Assembly (NCBI GenBank): GCA_964579765.1
Contig: CAZOIK010000267.1
Coordinates: 1 to 61,958, forward strand
Source of the DNA: an uncultured Bifidobacteriaceae bacterium
GTDB taxonomy: Bacteria; Acidobacteriota; Vicinamibacteria; Vicinamibacterales; CAVVIG01
Length of the DNA stretch: 61,958 bases
Direction of reading: 5' to 3'
Both the position numbers and the translations under genes were made by a program. Under the pieces are notes generated by a model. It saw nothing but the letters and a program-made list of their open reading frames with translations, searched no databases and was not told the DNA's origin. Below are positions 52,509 through 61,194 of the stretch, in pieces; position 1 is the stretch's first letter, and each line of letters opens with the position of its first letter.

Positions 52509-53478
52509 GCGCGCGCGCAACCTCGAGCATGTCCTTGAGACCGATATTTCCTTCGTGGCACTCGTACGGCATGATCGCTTCGCTGTTCATGATCGTGAGC
52601 GGCATGCCGAACGTCCACGGCGACACCCACGTCTTCGGATCGTCGACCGTTACCGTCCACAGAATCTTGTCCGGCGCCGTGCGCGTGAAGCGCTCGACGA
52701 GCGTCAGCGCCGACGCGTCGGCGTTTCTGTAGGCGCTCCGCTGCGTGAAGTTCGTCGTCTCGACGACGAGGGTATTGCCCTCCCAGTGGCCTCTCGCGTC
52801 TCCCATGTCCAGACGAATACCCGCGCCGACGTGCGGCCGCCCGTCGAGCGGAACGAGACGCGTTTCGTGAATCATCTCGTACCGGATCGCGACCATCCCC
52901 GGCGCCTGGGAAATCTGGTACGAGTTGCCGTAGATCGCCGGCATCAGCGAGCCCGGGCCGCCGCGTGTGATGCAGCGGTCGTACAGCGTGAAGTCTTCAG
53001 GACCGCGCCAGCTCGAGTCTTCGGCATAGCTGCCGCGCACGGTCCCGGCGGCGGCGCGGCGGCGCCCCGCATCGGTCAGCACCGGGATCTTTCCATCCGG
53101 CGGGTCGATCACGAACCACGCGGCGCCGCCCTTCCTCAAGTCGTACACGTCCTGCCACCAGTGATCAGGACCATGGAGCGGGCCCTCGAAGTTGTCGCGC
53201 GTGCGTTGCTGCAGCGACGCGCGGAATCGCGCGAGTTCCTCGCCCTTGACGTCGTCGCGCCGGCGCCCCGCGAACTGCTCGGGCCGCTCGAACGGAGTGC
53301 TCGCCTCGAAGACGTTCGTGAGGTTGCCGGAAATGTCGGGATCGCCCCATGGTGTCTTCGGCGCCGTCCATCGCGTCTGCGCCGACACGCCCGTCATGGC
53401 CACACACGCGGCGACGAGCGCCCGCACCAGCCTTCGAGACGCTGAGATTGCAGAATCGCTCTGGGTTCGCACGCCCAT
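52489..53478 (-). CDS. conserved exported protein (GRWxGNTLVV family, paralog 3)
   Basis: Internal Met MGVRTQSDS...LVAACVAMTGVSAQ. ...GHWEGNTLVVETTNFTQRSAY...TVDDPKTWVSPW. Confidence 0.7.
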   Translation of the reverse strand: MGVRTQSDSAISASRRLVRALVAACVAMTGVSAQTRWTAPKTPWGDPDISGNLTNVFEASTPFERPEQFAGRRRDDVKGEELARFRASLQQRTRDNFEGPLHGPDHWWQDVYDLRKGGAAWFVIDPPDGKIPVLTDAGRRRAAAGTVRGSYAEDSSWRGPEDFTLYDRCITRGGPGSLMPAIYGNSYQISQAPGMVAIRYEMIHETRLVPLDGRPHVGAGIRLDMGDARGHWEGNTLVVETTNFTQRSAYRNADASALTLVERFTRTAPDKILWTVTVDDPKTWVSPWTFGMPLTIMNSEAIMPYECHEGNIGLKDMLEVARAHDHDVR

Positions 53479-53581
53479 CGTCCACCTCGAACAGCGGCAC
53501 ACGTCACCGCGAGACACCTTTCCGATGGACTCGGACCGACGGCAACGGTGGCGCATCCTAGCCCGATGCGCTCCGACGTGT

Positions 53582-53600
53582 GAATACTCAATATTGAGTA
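53582..53600. promoter_or_regulatory. AT-rich 7-2-7 inverted repeat GAATACTCAA-TA-TTGAGTA (site C, perfect 16-bp palindrome)
   Basis: The centre is 32.5 nt from a minus-strand TAGGAT -10-like hexamer (53560-53555), upstream of the operon starting at 53478. Confidence 0.55.
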
Positions 53601-53613
53601 GAACGCGCGCGCG

Positions 53614-54264
53614 TTACTCGATGTGTACGATGCCCCGGCGAATCGCCACGTGCACGGCCGCCGTACGCTCGTTCACCTTGAGTTTGGCGAAGATGTTCTT
53701 GATGTGGACGGCGACGGTCGTCTCGGTGATCCCGAGCTCGGTCGCGATCACTTTGTTCCGCATGCCTCTCGAGATCAACTCGAGCACCTCGACTTCGCGC
53801 GGCGTCAGCGCCGGCTGGCCCGCCCGCTCGTCGAGCTTCGCCCTGACGTCGTCCTGCAGAGGGTGCTCGCCCGCATACACGTCGCGGACCGTGCGAACGA
53901 GTTCGTCGGGCAGCGCTTCTTTCAGCAGATAGGTCGTCGCTCCGGCTGCCAGCGCCTGGTGGATATCCTCGTCGCCGACGTACATCGTCAGCACGATGAT
54001 CCGGGCGTTTGGATCGTGCTTGCGAATCTCGCAGATCGCGTCGAGGCCGCTCATCGCCTTGAGGCGAAGGTCCATCAGCGTGATGTCCGGGCGGTGCCGC
54101 GCGAACATCGCGACGGCTTCTTCGCCGCTCGCCGCGCGCGCGACCACTTCGAAGTCGGGCTCGCGCGAGAGGATGAGCGCAATGCCTTCGCGGACGATTC
54201 GATGATCGTCGACGCACAGCACACGGATTCGCGGTGTGACAGGCGCGGACACGGCTGCGCTCAC
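53614..54264 (-). CDS. NarL/FixJ-family response regulator (REC + GerE HTH)
   Basis: RVLCVDDHRIVREG...DITLMDLRLKAMSGLD...IIVLTMY...YLLKEA, then LTPREVEVLELISRGMRNKVIATELGITETTVAVHIKNIFAKL. Confidence 0.9.
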   Translation of the reverse strand: MSAAVSAPVTPRIRVLCVDDHRIVREGIALILSREPDFEVVARAASGEEAVAMFARHRPDITLMDLRLKAMSGLDAICEIRKHDPNARIIVLTMYVGDEDIHQALAAGATTYLLKEALPDELVRTVRDVYAGEHPLQDDVRAKLDERAGQPALTPREVEVLELISRGMRNKVIATELGITETTVAVHIKNIFAKLKVNERTAAVHVAIRRGIVHIE

Positions 54265-57200
54265 GCGGGTATCGCCCGGCGAAACGGCGGCTCTGTCGGC
54301 ACGCTCACCTCGACGACCGTACCGCGGCCGACGGCGGTCGTGATGCGCAGCACGCCGTGAAGCTCTTCGGTGCGCTCCCGCATGGTGATCAGGCCATAGT
54401 GATCGTCGGGCACGGCCCGCGGATCGTACACGAACCCTGCCCCGTCGTCCGTCACGCGCATGATCACGATCTCGCCCGTAAGATCCAGCGAGAGATCGAT
54501 GTGACTGGCGCCCGCATGCCGTACCGCGTTGGTGATGGCTTCCTGGCCGATCCGGAAGAGCTCGCTCTCGATGTCGTGCGGCAGCACGGCGGTCCCCGTC
54601 ACGGCCACGGCGAACGTGGCCGACGTGTGGCCCACGGCTTCGCGACCGAATTCCTGGAGCGCCGTGGCGAGGCTGCGGGCCTTCAGCAGGGGCGACCGCA
54701 GGTTCTTGATCGACTCGCGCGCTTCGCGGACGTAGGCTTCGACCTGCCGCCTGACGCGGTTGATCTGATTGCGCGCGACGATCGGCTCGGCGGCGACGGT
54801 CTTCGCGATCGGCTCGAGCTGCAGCACGACGCCGACCAGGCTCTGAAGCAGCGTGTCGTGCAGTTCGCGGCTCAGCCGCACGCGTTCGGCGAGCACGAGG
54901 GAGAACTCACGTTTGACGAGCCCGATGCGGAACCGCCAGATGCCCCAGATGACGCCCAGCGCGGCCGCCACGCACAACGCGTAGAACCAGGCGGTCTGGT
55001 AGAACGCGGGCTCGATCGTCACGCCGAGCTCCGCCTTCGACGTGTTCCACACGCCCTCTTCCGCGCTCGCTTCGACGTGGAATCGATAGGTGCCCGGCGA
55101 GAGATTCGTGTACACGGCCGCACGTTGCGTGTCGGCCTCGATCCAGGTCGAATCGACGCCGGCCAGCCAGTATCGGAAGCGAATCTTGTTCGGCGCACTC
55201 AACATCACCGCCGTGTAGTTGATCTGCACGCGGCCGATGCCGTGCGGCAGCGACAGCGTCCGGACCGGCGACAGCACGCGCGTACTCGACGTGAGGACTG
55301 ATTCGATGTACACGGGCGCGACAAGCGACGTGAAGTCTTCCCGGATGTCGGCGGGGTCGACTCGCGTCAATCCCCCGCCTTGAATGAACCACAGGCTTCC
55401 GTCGTCGCCGCGCGCGGAGCTGACGTGACCGAAGGCGCCGCCGGCGAGGCCGTCAAGCGCGTCGTACATCCGGTACTGCACCCGGTAGCCCGGCGCGGCG
55501 AGGGCGTTGTCGAACTCGCGGCGATCGAGACAAATCAAGCCTCGATCGACGCTGAGCCAGAGCCGATCCTGCCCGTCCATCACGACGGACGAGATCGCGC
55601 CGCCCTGCAATCCGTGCTCGCGACCGATGGCCGCATAGCGGCCGTCCTTGATTCGGCCCAGCCCGTTGCCGGCGCCGACCCAGACGTCGCCGGCGGGATC
55701 CTCGAACACCGCATGAACGGCGCCGCGTGCATCGACGTGGAATCCCTCGTCGCGTCCAAGGAGATGCACCGCGCCGGCTTCGTCGACGAACCCCAACCCG
55801 CCGGACTCCGACGCGATCCACAGGCGGCCCGACCGATCGAGTTGCATGTACGTGATGCGGCCGAACGACGAGACGCCGACGTCCAGGGGAACGAGACGCC
55901 GGCCGTCCCAATGGAACACCCACGCCCCGTCGGAGAGCCACAGCGATCCTCCGGGCGCCGGTGCGATCGACGTGATCTGCGGCCGGCTGCGCCGCGGCAA
56001 CGCGACCTGCATCAGCGTGCTGCCGGCGAGTCGGAACAGACCTTCGGTCGCGCCGATCCACAGCGTCCCGCGGCGATCGTCGTACAGACTCCTGACGTCC
56101 GGACGCGTCGACGCGACTTCGGCGGGGCCCCAGCGATGTGGATAACGCGCAAAGTGGATGACGCCCGTCGTGGTGCCGACCCACATGCCGCCGTCCGCAT
56201 GCGTCGACGCCGCGATCGCGTACCCCAGATCCTCGAGCGGGGTGACGCGGCGGCGGGTCAGCCGATGCAGCCCGCCGGAGGAGCCCACCCAGACGTTGCC
56301 GTCGTGATCTTCGAAGATCGCCTGAATCAGATCGCTCGACAGGCCGGTGCGAAGGCCGGCGCGGTAGACCGTCCGGCGGTCGGCCGGGCCGTCGACGCTC
56401 ACCTGCCAGAGGCCGGCTCCGTACGTGCCGATCCACAGGTGGCGCTCGTGATCGAACATCACGCGGTACCCGGCGCCCGAATGGGCGGTCGACGCCGGCT
56501 GGTCGATGCGCCGGAATCCGTGGGCGATGTCGGTCGTCCAGATTCTGCCGTCGGCGTCTTCGGCGACGCCCCACGCGACGTTCGACGCGATGCGATCGAA
56601 GCCGGTCCCCTGCGCGCCGCGTTCGAACGTACCGAGCCAGGTGCCCGCGAGAATGTGTCCGTTGCGGCGCACGACGACCTGGCGCACGCGCGCGTCGCGG
56701 CCGCCGCCGACCAGCCTGACCCGGTGCCAGCCTCCGTCGTCGAACTGATAGAGAACGCCGTCCCCGACCGCCCAAACCGCCCCGCGCGGATCCTGGGCCA
56801 AGTCGCTCACCGACGCCGGCGCCCCCGCGCGAGGCAGCGCCTCGACGTGTCCGTCACGAATACGCCGCACGGGCGAATCGTCCGCGAACCCGACCCACAG
56901 CGTGCCGTCCGCGCTCAGGCACAGCGCCGTGACCCCGGTCTTCGGCAGCGGTGTGTCGTTGATGTCGTCGGAGGTCGTGAAACGTGAGCCGTCGAATCTG
57001 AACAAGCCGGCATCGGCGCCGATCCAGAGATACCCGCGGCGATCCTGAACGATCGCGTAGACCGCGCCGAACGGACGGCCGTCGCCCTCGTTCCAAGTCG
57101 TGACGGAATACCCGCTGAGGAGATCTTCCTGCTCGGCGCCGTGCGCGAATGCGGCGGCGACGAGCAGGGCACAGACACACTGCGCGGCGAGCTGCGCGCA

Positions 57201-57284
57201 GCGTCGGATCGGACCACACTGGCGGAAACTGCAGTGACGCACGGGCGGGTGTCCGCCGGTATTATGGCGCAGGTGCCGAGGCAC
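54261..57284 (-). CDS. sensor histidine kinase with periplasmic two-component-regulator-propeller / Y_Y_Y domains, HisKA_3 + HATPase_c
   Basis: GTG start. Many repeats of the ...G.LW[IV]G[TA]..GL..[FL]... type, then a TM segment FYALCVAAALGVIWGIW. H-box LSRELHDTLLQSL and ATPase IGQEAITNAVRHA...DDGAGF. A 4-nt overlap links it to the regulator gene. Confidence 0.85.
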   Translation of the reverse strand: MPRHLRHNTGGHPPVRHCSFRQCGPIRRCAQLAAQCVCALLVAAAFAHGAEQEDLLSGYSVTTWNEGDGRPFGAVYAIVQDRRGYLWIGADAGLFRFDGSRFTTSDDINDTPLPKTGVTALCLSADGTLWVGFADDSPVRRIRDGHVEALPRAGAPASVSDLAQDPRGAVWAVGDGVLYQFDDGGWHRVRLVGGGRDARVRQVVVRRNGHILAGTWLGTFERGAQGTGFDRIASNVAWGVAEDADGRIWTTDIAHGFRRIDQPASTAHSGAGYRVMFDHERHLWIGTYGAGLWQVSVDGPADRRTVYRAGLRTGLSSDLIQAIFEDHDGNVWVGSSGGLHRLTRRRVTPLEDLGYAIAASTHADGGMWVGTTTGVIHFARYPHRWGPAEVASTRPDVRSLYDDRRGTLWIGATEGLFRLAGSTLMQVALPRRSRPQITSIAPAPGGSLWLSDGAWVFHWDGRRLVPLDVGVSSFGRITYMQLDRSGRLWIASESGGLGFVDEAGAVHLLGRDEGFHVDARGAVHAVFEDPAGDVWVGAGNGLGRIKDGRYAAIGREHGLQGGAISSVVMDGQDRLWLSVDRGLICLDRREFDNALAAPGYRVQYRMYDALDGLAGGAFGHVSSARGDDGSLWFIQGGGLTRVDPADIREDFTSLVAPVYIESVLTSSTRVLSPVRTLSLPHGIGRVQINYTAVMLSAPNKIRFRYWLAGVDSTWIEADTQRAAVYTNLSPGTYRFHVEASAEEGVWNTSKAELGVTIEPAFYQTAWFYALCVAAALGVIWGIWRFRIGLVKREFSLVLAERVRLSRELHDTLLQSLVGVVLQLEPIAKTVAAEPIVARNQINRVRRQVEAYVREARESIKNLRSPLLKARSLATALQEFGREAVGHTSATFAVAVTGTAVLPHDIESELFRIGQEAITNAVRHAGASHIDLSLDLTGEIVIMRVTDDGAGFVYDPRAVPDDHYGLITMRERTEELHGVLRITTAVGRGTVVEVSVPTEPPFRRAIPA

Positions 57285-57292
57285 CCGCGCCG

Positions 57293-58633
57293 CTACAGCG
57301 TCTCGATGTTCAGCTTGCCCGTACTATCGCCGAGCTTGTCCAGCGGGACGCCGACCTTGTCGAGCACCGACAGCAGCAGGTTCGTCATCGGCACATCCTG
57401 CCGGCGGATGTGCCGGCCCGTCTTCAACGCGCCGCCGCCTTTGCCGAACAGCAGCGTGGGTATGTCGACGAAGTTGTGCTGGTTGCCGTCGCCCATCGCG
57501 GACCCATACACGATGATCGAGTGGTCGAGGAGCGTGCCGTCGCCGTCGGGCGTCGACTTCAGCTTGTCGAGGAAGTACTTCAGCACCATCATGTGATAGA
57601 TGTCGATCTGAACCTTCTGCTCGATCAAGCCCGGGTCGTGGCGGTTGTGCGTGATGATGTGGTGCTGTTCCGACTGCCCGAGGTTCTTGAACACGTGGCT
57701 GCTGAGCTCGCGCCCCATCATCAAACTGAACACGCGCGTGACGTCGCCCTGATACGCGAGCGTCTGCAGATCGAACATGATCCGGGCGCGATCTTCCCAC
57801 TCGGCGGGCACGTCCACGGGCCGCTCCGGCAGGTCGAGCGTCGTCGCGGTCTGCTCTTCGGCGAGGCTGATGCGGCGCTCGACGTCGCGGACCGATTCCA
57901 GATATTCGTTGAGACGCTGCCGGTCGCTCGGACCGAGCTGGCTCTGCAGACGCGCGGCGTCTTCGGCGACCGAGTCGAGGATGCTGGCCCGCCATCTGGC
58001 GTCTTCCCGGCGCTGGTCGGCGCTGCCGCCCTCGCCGAACAGGCGCTCGAACACGGCGCGCGGCTGCGCCTCCATCGGCACGGGCGTCGTCGCGTTCTTC
58101 CACGACAGCGTGTTCGAGAAGATGCAGGTGCCGCCTTCGCAGTTGAAGACTGAGGGCGGCTCGAGCTCCATGCCAAGCGAGCCAACGGCCGTGTCCCTGC
58201 CGAGTCTTTCGGCGGCGATTTGATCCGCCGTCGGGCCGAGCCGCACTTCGGCGCCGACCTGCGTCACGGCCGCGGCGTGCAGGCCGCTCAACCACACGGC
58301 GCTGGCGCGGGGATGCGGGTAGCTGCCGTCGCCCTTGGACCCGCCTTCGTTGTGGCACAGTCCCGTGACGACCATCATGTGCTCGCGCAGCGGCTCGAGC
58401 GGCGCGAGAATCCGCGACATCTCGAAGTTCGTGCCCTCGGCTTTGGGCGTCCACTGGTCGTAGATCGTTCCCATCGGGTGGTACATGAACCCGATGCGCG
58501 GCACCGGCCGTGCGGCGGTCTTGACGATGGGCGTCAGCGCCGGCACCATCGCGTCGAGGAGCGGCAGGGCGAGCGTCGCTCCGACTCCGCGAAGGAACGT
58601 CCGGCGCTCGATGGCCATTTTCGAAATAAACAT
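57293..58633 (-). CDS. DUF1552-family protein (Tat-exported), partner of DUF1592 proteins
   Basis: Internal Met with GGAGGA upstream. MFISKMAIERRTFLRGVGATLALPLLDAMVPA... The upstream part of track ORF 57293..59539 overlaps the DUF1592 gene and is a shadow. Confidence 0.8.
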   Translation of the reverse strand: MFISKMAIERRTFLRGVGATLALPLLDAMVPALTPIVKTAARPVPRIGFMYHPMGTIYDQWTPKAEGTNFEMSRILAPLEPLREHMMVVTGLCHNEGGSKGDGSYPHPRASAVWLSGLHAAAVTQVGAEVRLGPTADQIAAERLGRDTAVGSLGMELEPPSVFNCEGGTCIFSNTLSWKNATTPVPMEAQPRAVFERLFGEGGSADQRREDARWRASILDSVAEDAARLQSQLGPSDRQRLNEYLESVRDVERRISLAEEQTATTLDLPERPVDVPAEWEDRARIMFDLQTLAYQGDVTRVFSLMMGRELSSHVFKNLGQSEQHHIITHNRHDPGLIEQKVQIDIYHMMVLKYFLDKLKSTPDGDGTLLDHSIIVYGSAMGDGNQHNFVDIPTLLFGKGGGALKTGRHIRRQDVPMTNLLLSVLDKVGVPLDKLGDSTGKLNIETL

Positions 58634-58662
58634 CGGTCCTCCTCTGCCCCCACTCTTCCCGA

Positions 58663-61101
58663 TCAGCGACGCGCCTCGGCGACGGTTGCGGCCGGCGGCG
58701 CCTGTTTCATGCGGAACGACGGGCTGTTCACGATGCCGAGCAGCACCGCGTCGAACGAGTAGTCTTTCGGCGCCGCGTCGCGCATGATCGCGCGGATGAC
58801 GGGCTGATCGACCGCGTCGAGCGGCCGTCCGAGCGCATACGCCATGAGCTTCGAGACCACCGTATACACCAATTCCGTGTCGAAGGGGTGTCGAAGCAGC
58901 ACGGCGCGCAGCCCGGTGACGCCGTTGAACGTCGCGCCGTTGGCGAGCGTGCCCGAGTTGTCGATCGGCTGGTTCGATTCGCCGGTCGTGCGCCATCGGC
59001 CGACGGCGTCGAAATTCTCGAGCGCGAAGCCGAGCGGATCCATCTGCTTGTGGCAACTCGCGCACGCGGGGCTCTTGCGGTGCTGCTCCATGCGCGCGCG
59101 CATCGACAGCACCGTTCCCTTCGCATCGGTGTCTTTGAGCGACGGCACGTTCGCCGGCGGCGGCGGCGGGGGCATCGAGAGAAGCGTTTCGAGGATGAAC
59201 TTGCCCCGATTCACCGGCGACGTGCGGTTCGCGTACGACGTGATCGTCAGCACGCTGCCCTGGCCGAGCAGGCCGCGGCGCGGGCTGTCGTTCGGCAGCG
59301 TGACGCGGCGGAACTGCGTGCCGTGCACGTTCGGAATGCCGTAGTGCTGCGCGAGCCGTTCGTTGAGGAACGTGTAATCGGCCCGCAGCAGGTCGAGCAC
59401 GCTGCGATGCTCGCGCACGAGGCTCTCGAAGAACAGCTCCGTCTCGCGCCGCATCGACGCCTGCAGACCCTCGTCGAAATCCGGGAACAGCCGATCGTCG
59501 GGATGCTTCACGCCCGTCAGGTCGCGCAGGTACAGCCACTGGCCGACGAAGTTGTCGGTGAGCGCGCGCGATCGCCCATCGGCCAGCATGCGATGCACCT
59601 GCTGGGCGAAGACCGCGGGCGTGTGCAGCCGGCCCGCGCTGGCGACGTCGAGCAGTTCGTCGTCGGGAATGCTACTCCACAGGAAGAACGAGAGGCGCGA
59701 GGCCAGCTCCAGATCGGTCAGCGCGACGGGACCCGAGATCCCCGCCTGCGGCGGCGCTTCCACTCGGAACAGGAACTCGGGGCTGACGAGCAGGCGTTCG
59801 AGCGAGCGCCGGATGCCGAATTCGAAGCCGGCTTCGGCGCGTCCCTTCCGGTAGAACGTCAGCAGCGGCTCGACGTCGCGGGGCGTCACCGGACGTCGAT
59901 ACGCGCGCCTGGCGAGCGCCGTCATGATCTTCGTCGCGCACGGGAGCTCGTCGGCCTCGGCGCGCGGACGGCAGATGAAGATCCGGCGCCTCGAGGGAGT
60001 GTCGCCGACGCTGACAGCCTTGCTCGGCCCGCTGATGGTCAGCGCCGCGATCGCGGCGCGCTCGACGCCGAGACTTCGACGATACGGCACGACCAGCGAT
60101 TCGACGGGCGCGGCGGCATCGGCGATGAAGGCAATCCCGACGTCGTGCGGGCCGGCCGACATGGCGACGGTCGCCTGAAGCGGCGACGCCGCACCGCGCC
60201 CGCGCCGTCCGCCGCCCCCGGCCTGCTGCGTGAAGACCTTGACGCGTTCGCCGTCGATCGTCAGCTCGATCCGATACGGCGGCGCGTCCTTGTTCGGCTC
60301 GAACGCGCCGCCCTGGGCGACCTGCACGGCGAACGTGTACTCGCCGTCGAGCGGGAACGTGCGCGCGATCAACATGCCGCCGCGCGTGCCGAAGGGCAAC
60401 CCCTCGACGTGTATGTCCTGCGGCATCTGTCCGGACGCACGGTACGTGTCGACGATCGACGGCGCCGACACATCGCCCACCGCGAGACGGCTGATCTTGT
60501 CGGCGGCGCCCACGAACCGCTCGATCAGCGTCGGCGACACGTACAGCGCGTCCGCCATGTTGTCGAACCCGCCGCCGCTGTCGTCGGGCGGCAGCAGCAC
60601 CGAGATGTCGAGTTCCTTCGGGAAGCTCTCGATGCCCAGCAGATCGCGGATCGCGTTGCTGTACTCCGTCCGATTCAGCCGGTGGACCGCCGGCACGTGT
60701 CCGATGCTCGGATGCGCCTGCGCCGCCCGGTCGAGCACCGTTTGCAGGTCGGCCACGAACGCGTCGGCCGCCGGGCGGTCGGGCTGCCGCGCTCCCGAGG
60801 GCGGCATCACGCCGACGCGGACCTTGCGAATGACCTTCTCCCAGGTCGGCGCGTCGTGATCCGCGTGCGCCGGGTCGAGGCCCTCGAGCACGAGATCCGC
60901 CGTGTGCAGGCGTTTGCTGTGGCAGGTGACGCAGTACCGATCGACGAAGCCCGGGCCGCCCGCGGGGGGCGCGGGCGGGCCGGACGACTGCCCGGGAGCG
61001 GCCATGCACAGTGCCGGCGCGACCAGGAGCGCCGCGGTCAAAATGCCGTGTCGAGCCACCCGTCGGCGGGGATACCGGTCGCTCGAACGCGCGCGGTGCA
61101 T
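58663..61101 (-). CDS. DUF1592/DUF1595/DUF1588/DUF1585-type multidomain protein with CxxCH motifs
   Basis: Internal Met MHRARSSD... RYCVTCHSKRLHTADLVLEGLD, VMPPSGARQPD, and the C-terminal CASCHKQMDPLGFALENFDAVGRWR. Confidence 0.8.
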   Translation of the reverse strand: MHRARSSDRYPRRRVARHGILTAALLVAPALCMAAPGQSSGPPAPPAGGPGFVDRYCVTCHSKRLHTADLVLEGLDPAHADHDAPTWEKVIRKVRVGVMPPSGARQPDRPAADAFVADLQTVLDRAAQAHPSIGHVPAVHRLNRTEYSNAIRDLLGIESFPKELDISVLLPPDDSGGGFDNMADALYVSPTLIERFVGAADKISRLAVGDVSAPSIVDTYRASGQMPQDIHVEGLPFGTRGGMLIARTFPLDGEYTFAVQVAQGGAFEPNKDAPPYRIELTIDGERVKVFTQQAGGGGRRGRGAASPLQATVAMSAGPHDVGIAFIADAAAPVESLVVPYRRSLGVERAAIAALTISGPSKAVSVGDTPSRRRIFICRPRAEADELPCATKIMTALARRAYRRPVTPRDVEPLLTFYRKGRAEAGFEFGIRRSLERLLVSPEFLFRVEAPPQAGISGPVALTDLELASRLSFFLWSSIPDDELLDVASAGRLHTPAVFAQQVHRMLADGRSRALTDNFVGQWLYLRDLTGVKHPDDRLFPDFDEGLQASMRRETELFFESLVREHRSVLDLLRADYTFLNERLAQHYGIPNVHGTQFRRVTLPNDSPRRGLLGQGSVLTITSYANRTSPVNRGKFILETLLSMPPPPPPANVPSLKDTDAKGTVLSMRARMEQHRKSPACASCHKQMDPLGFALENFDAVGRWRTTGESNQPIDNSGTLANGATFNGVTGLRAVLLRHPFDTELVYTVVSKLMAYALGRPLDAVDQPVIRAIMRDAAPKDYSFDAVLLGIVNSPSFRMKQAPPAATVAEARR

Positions 61102-61138
61102 GCTGCAGTGGATGCTAACTCGATAGCGCGCACGCCGT

Positions 61139-61158
61139 GAATACTCAAAATTTGGTAT
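61139..61158. promoter_or_regulatory. AT-rich 7-2-7 inverted repeat GAATACTCAA-AA-TTTGGTAT (site B)
   Basis: 19 of 20 positions identical to site A. The centre is 32.5 nt upstream of GATAAT (61182-61187) on the + strand and 32.5 nt from TAGCAT (61117-61112) on the - strand. Confidence 0.55.
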
Positions 61159-61194
61159 CTCCAACATTCTATTGATCTTGTGATAATCACCGCC

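Noticed and set aside
58634-59539. Upstream extension of ORF 57293..59539 (748 aa).
   Set aside because: It overlaps the DUF1592 gene in a different frame. The DUF1552-type N-terminus (MFISKMAIERRTFLRG, with GGAGGA upstream) starts at 58633.
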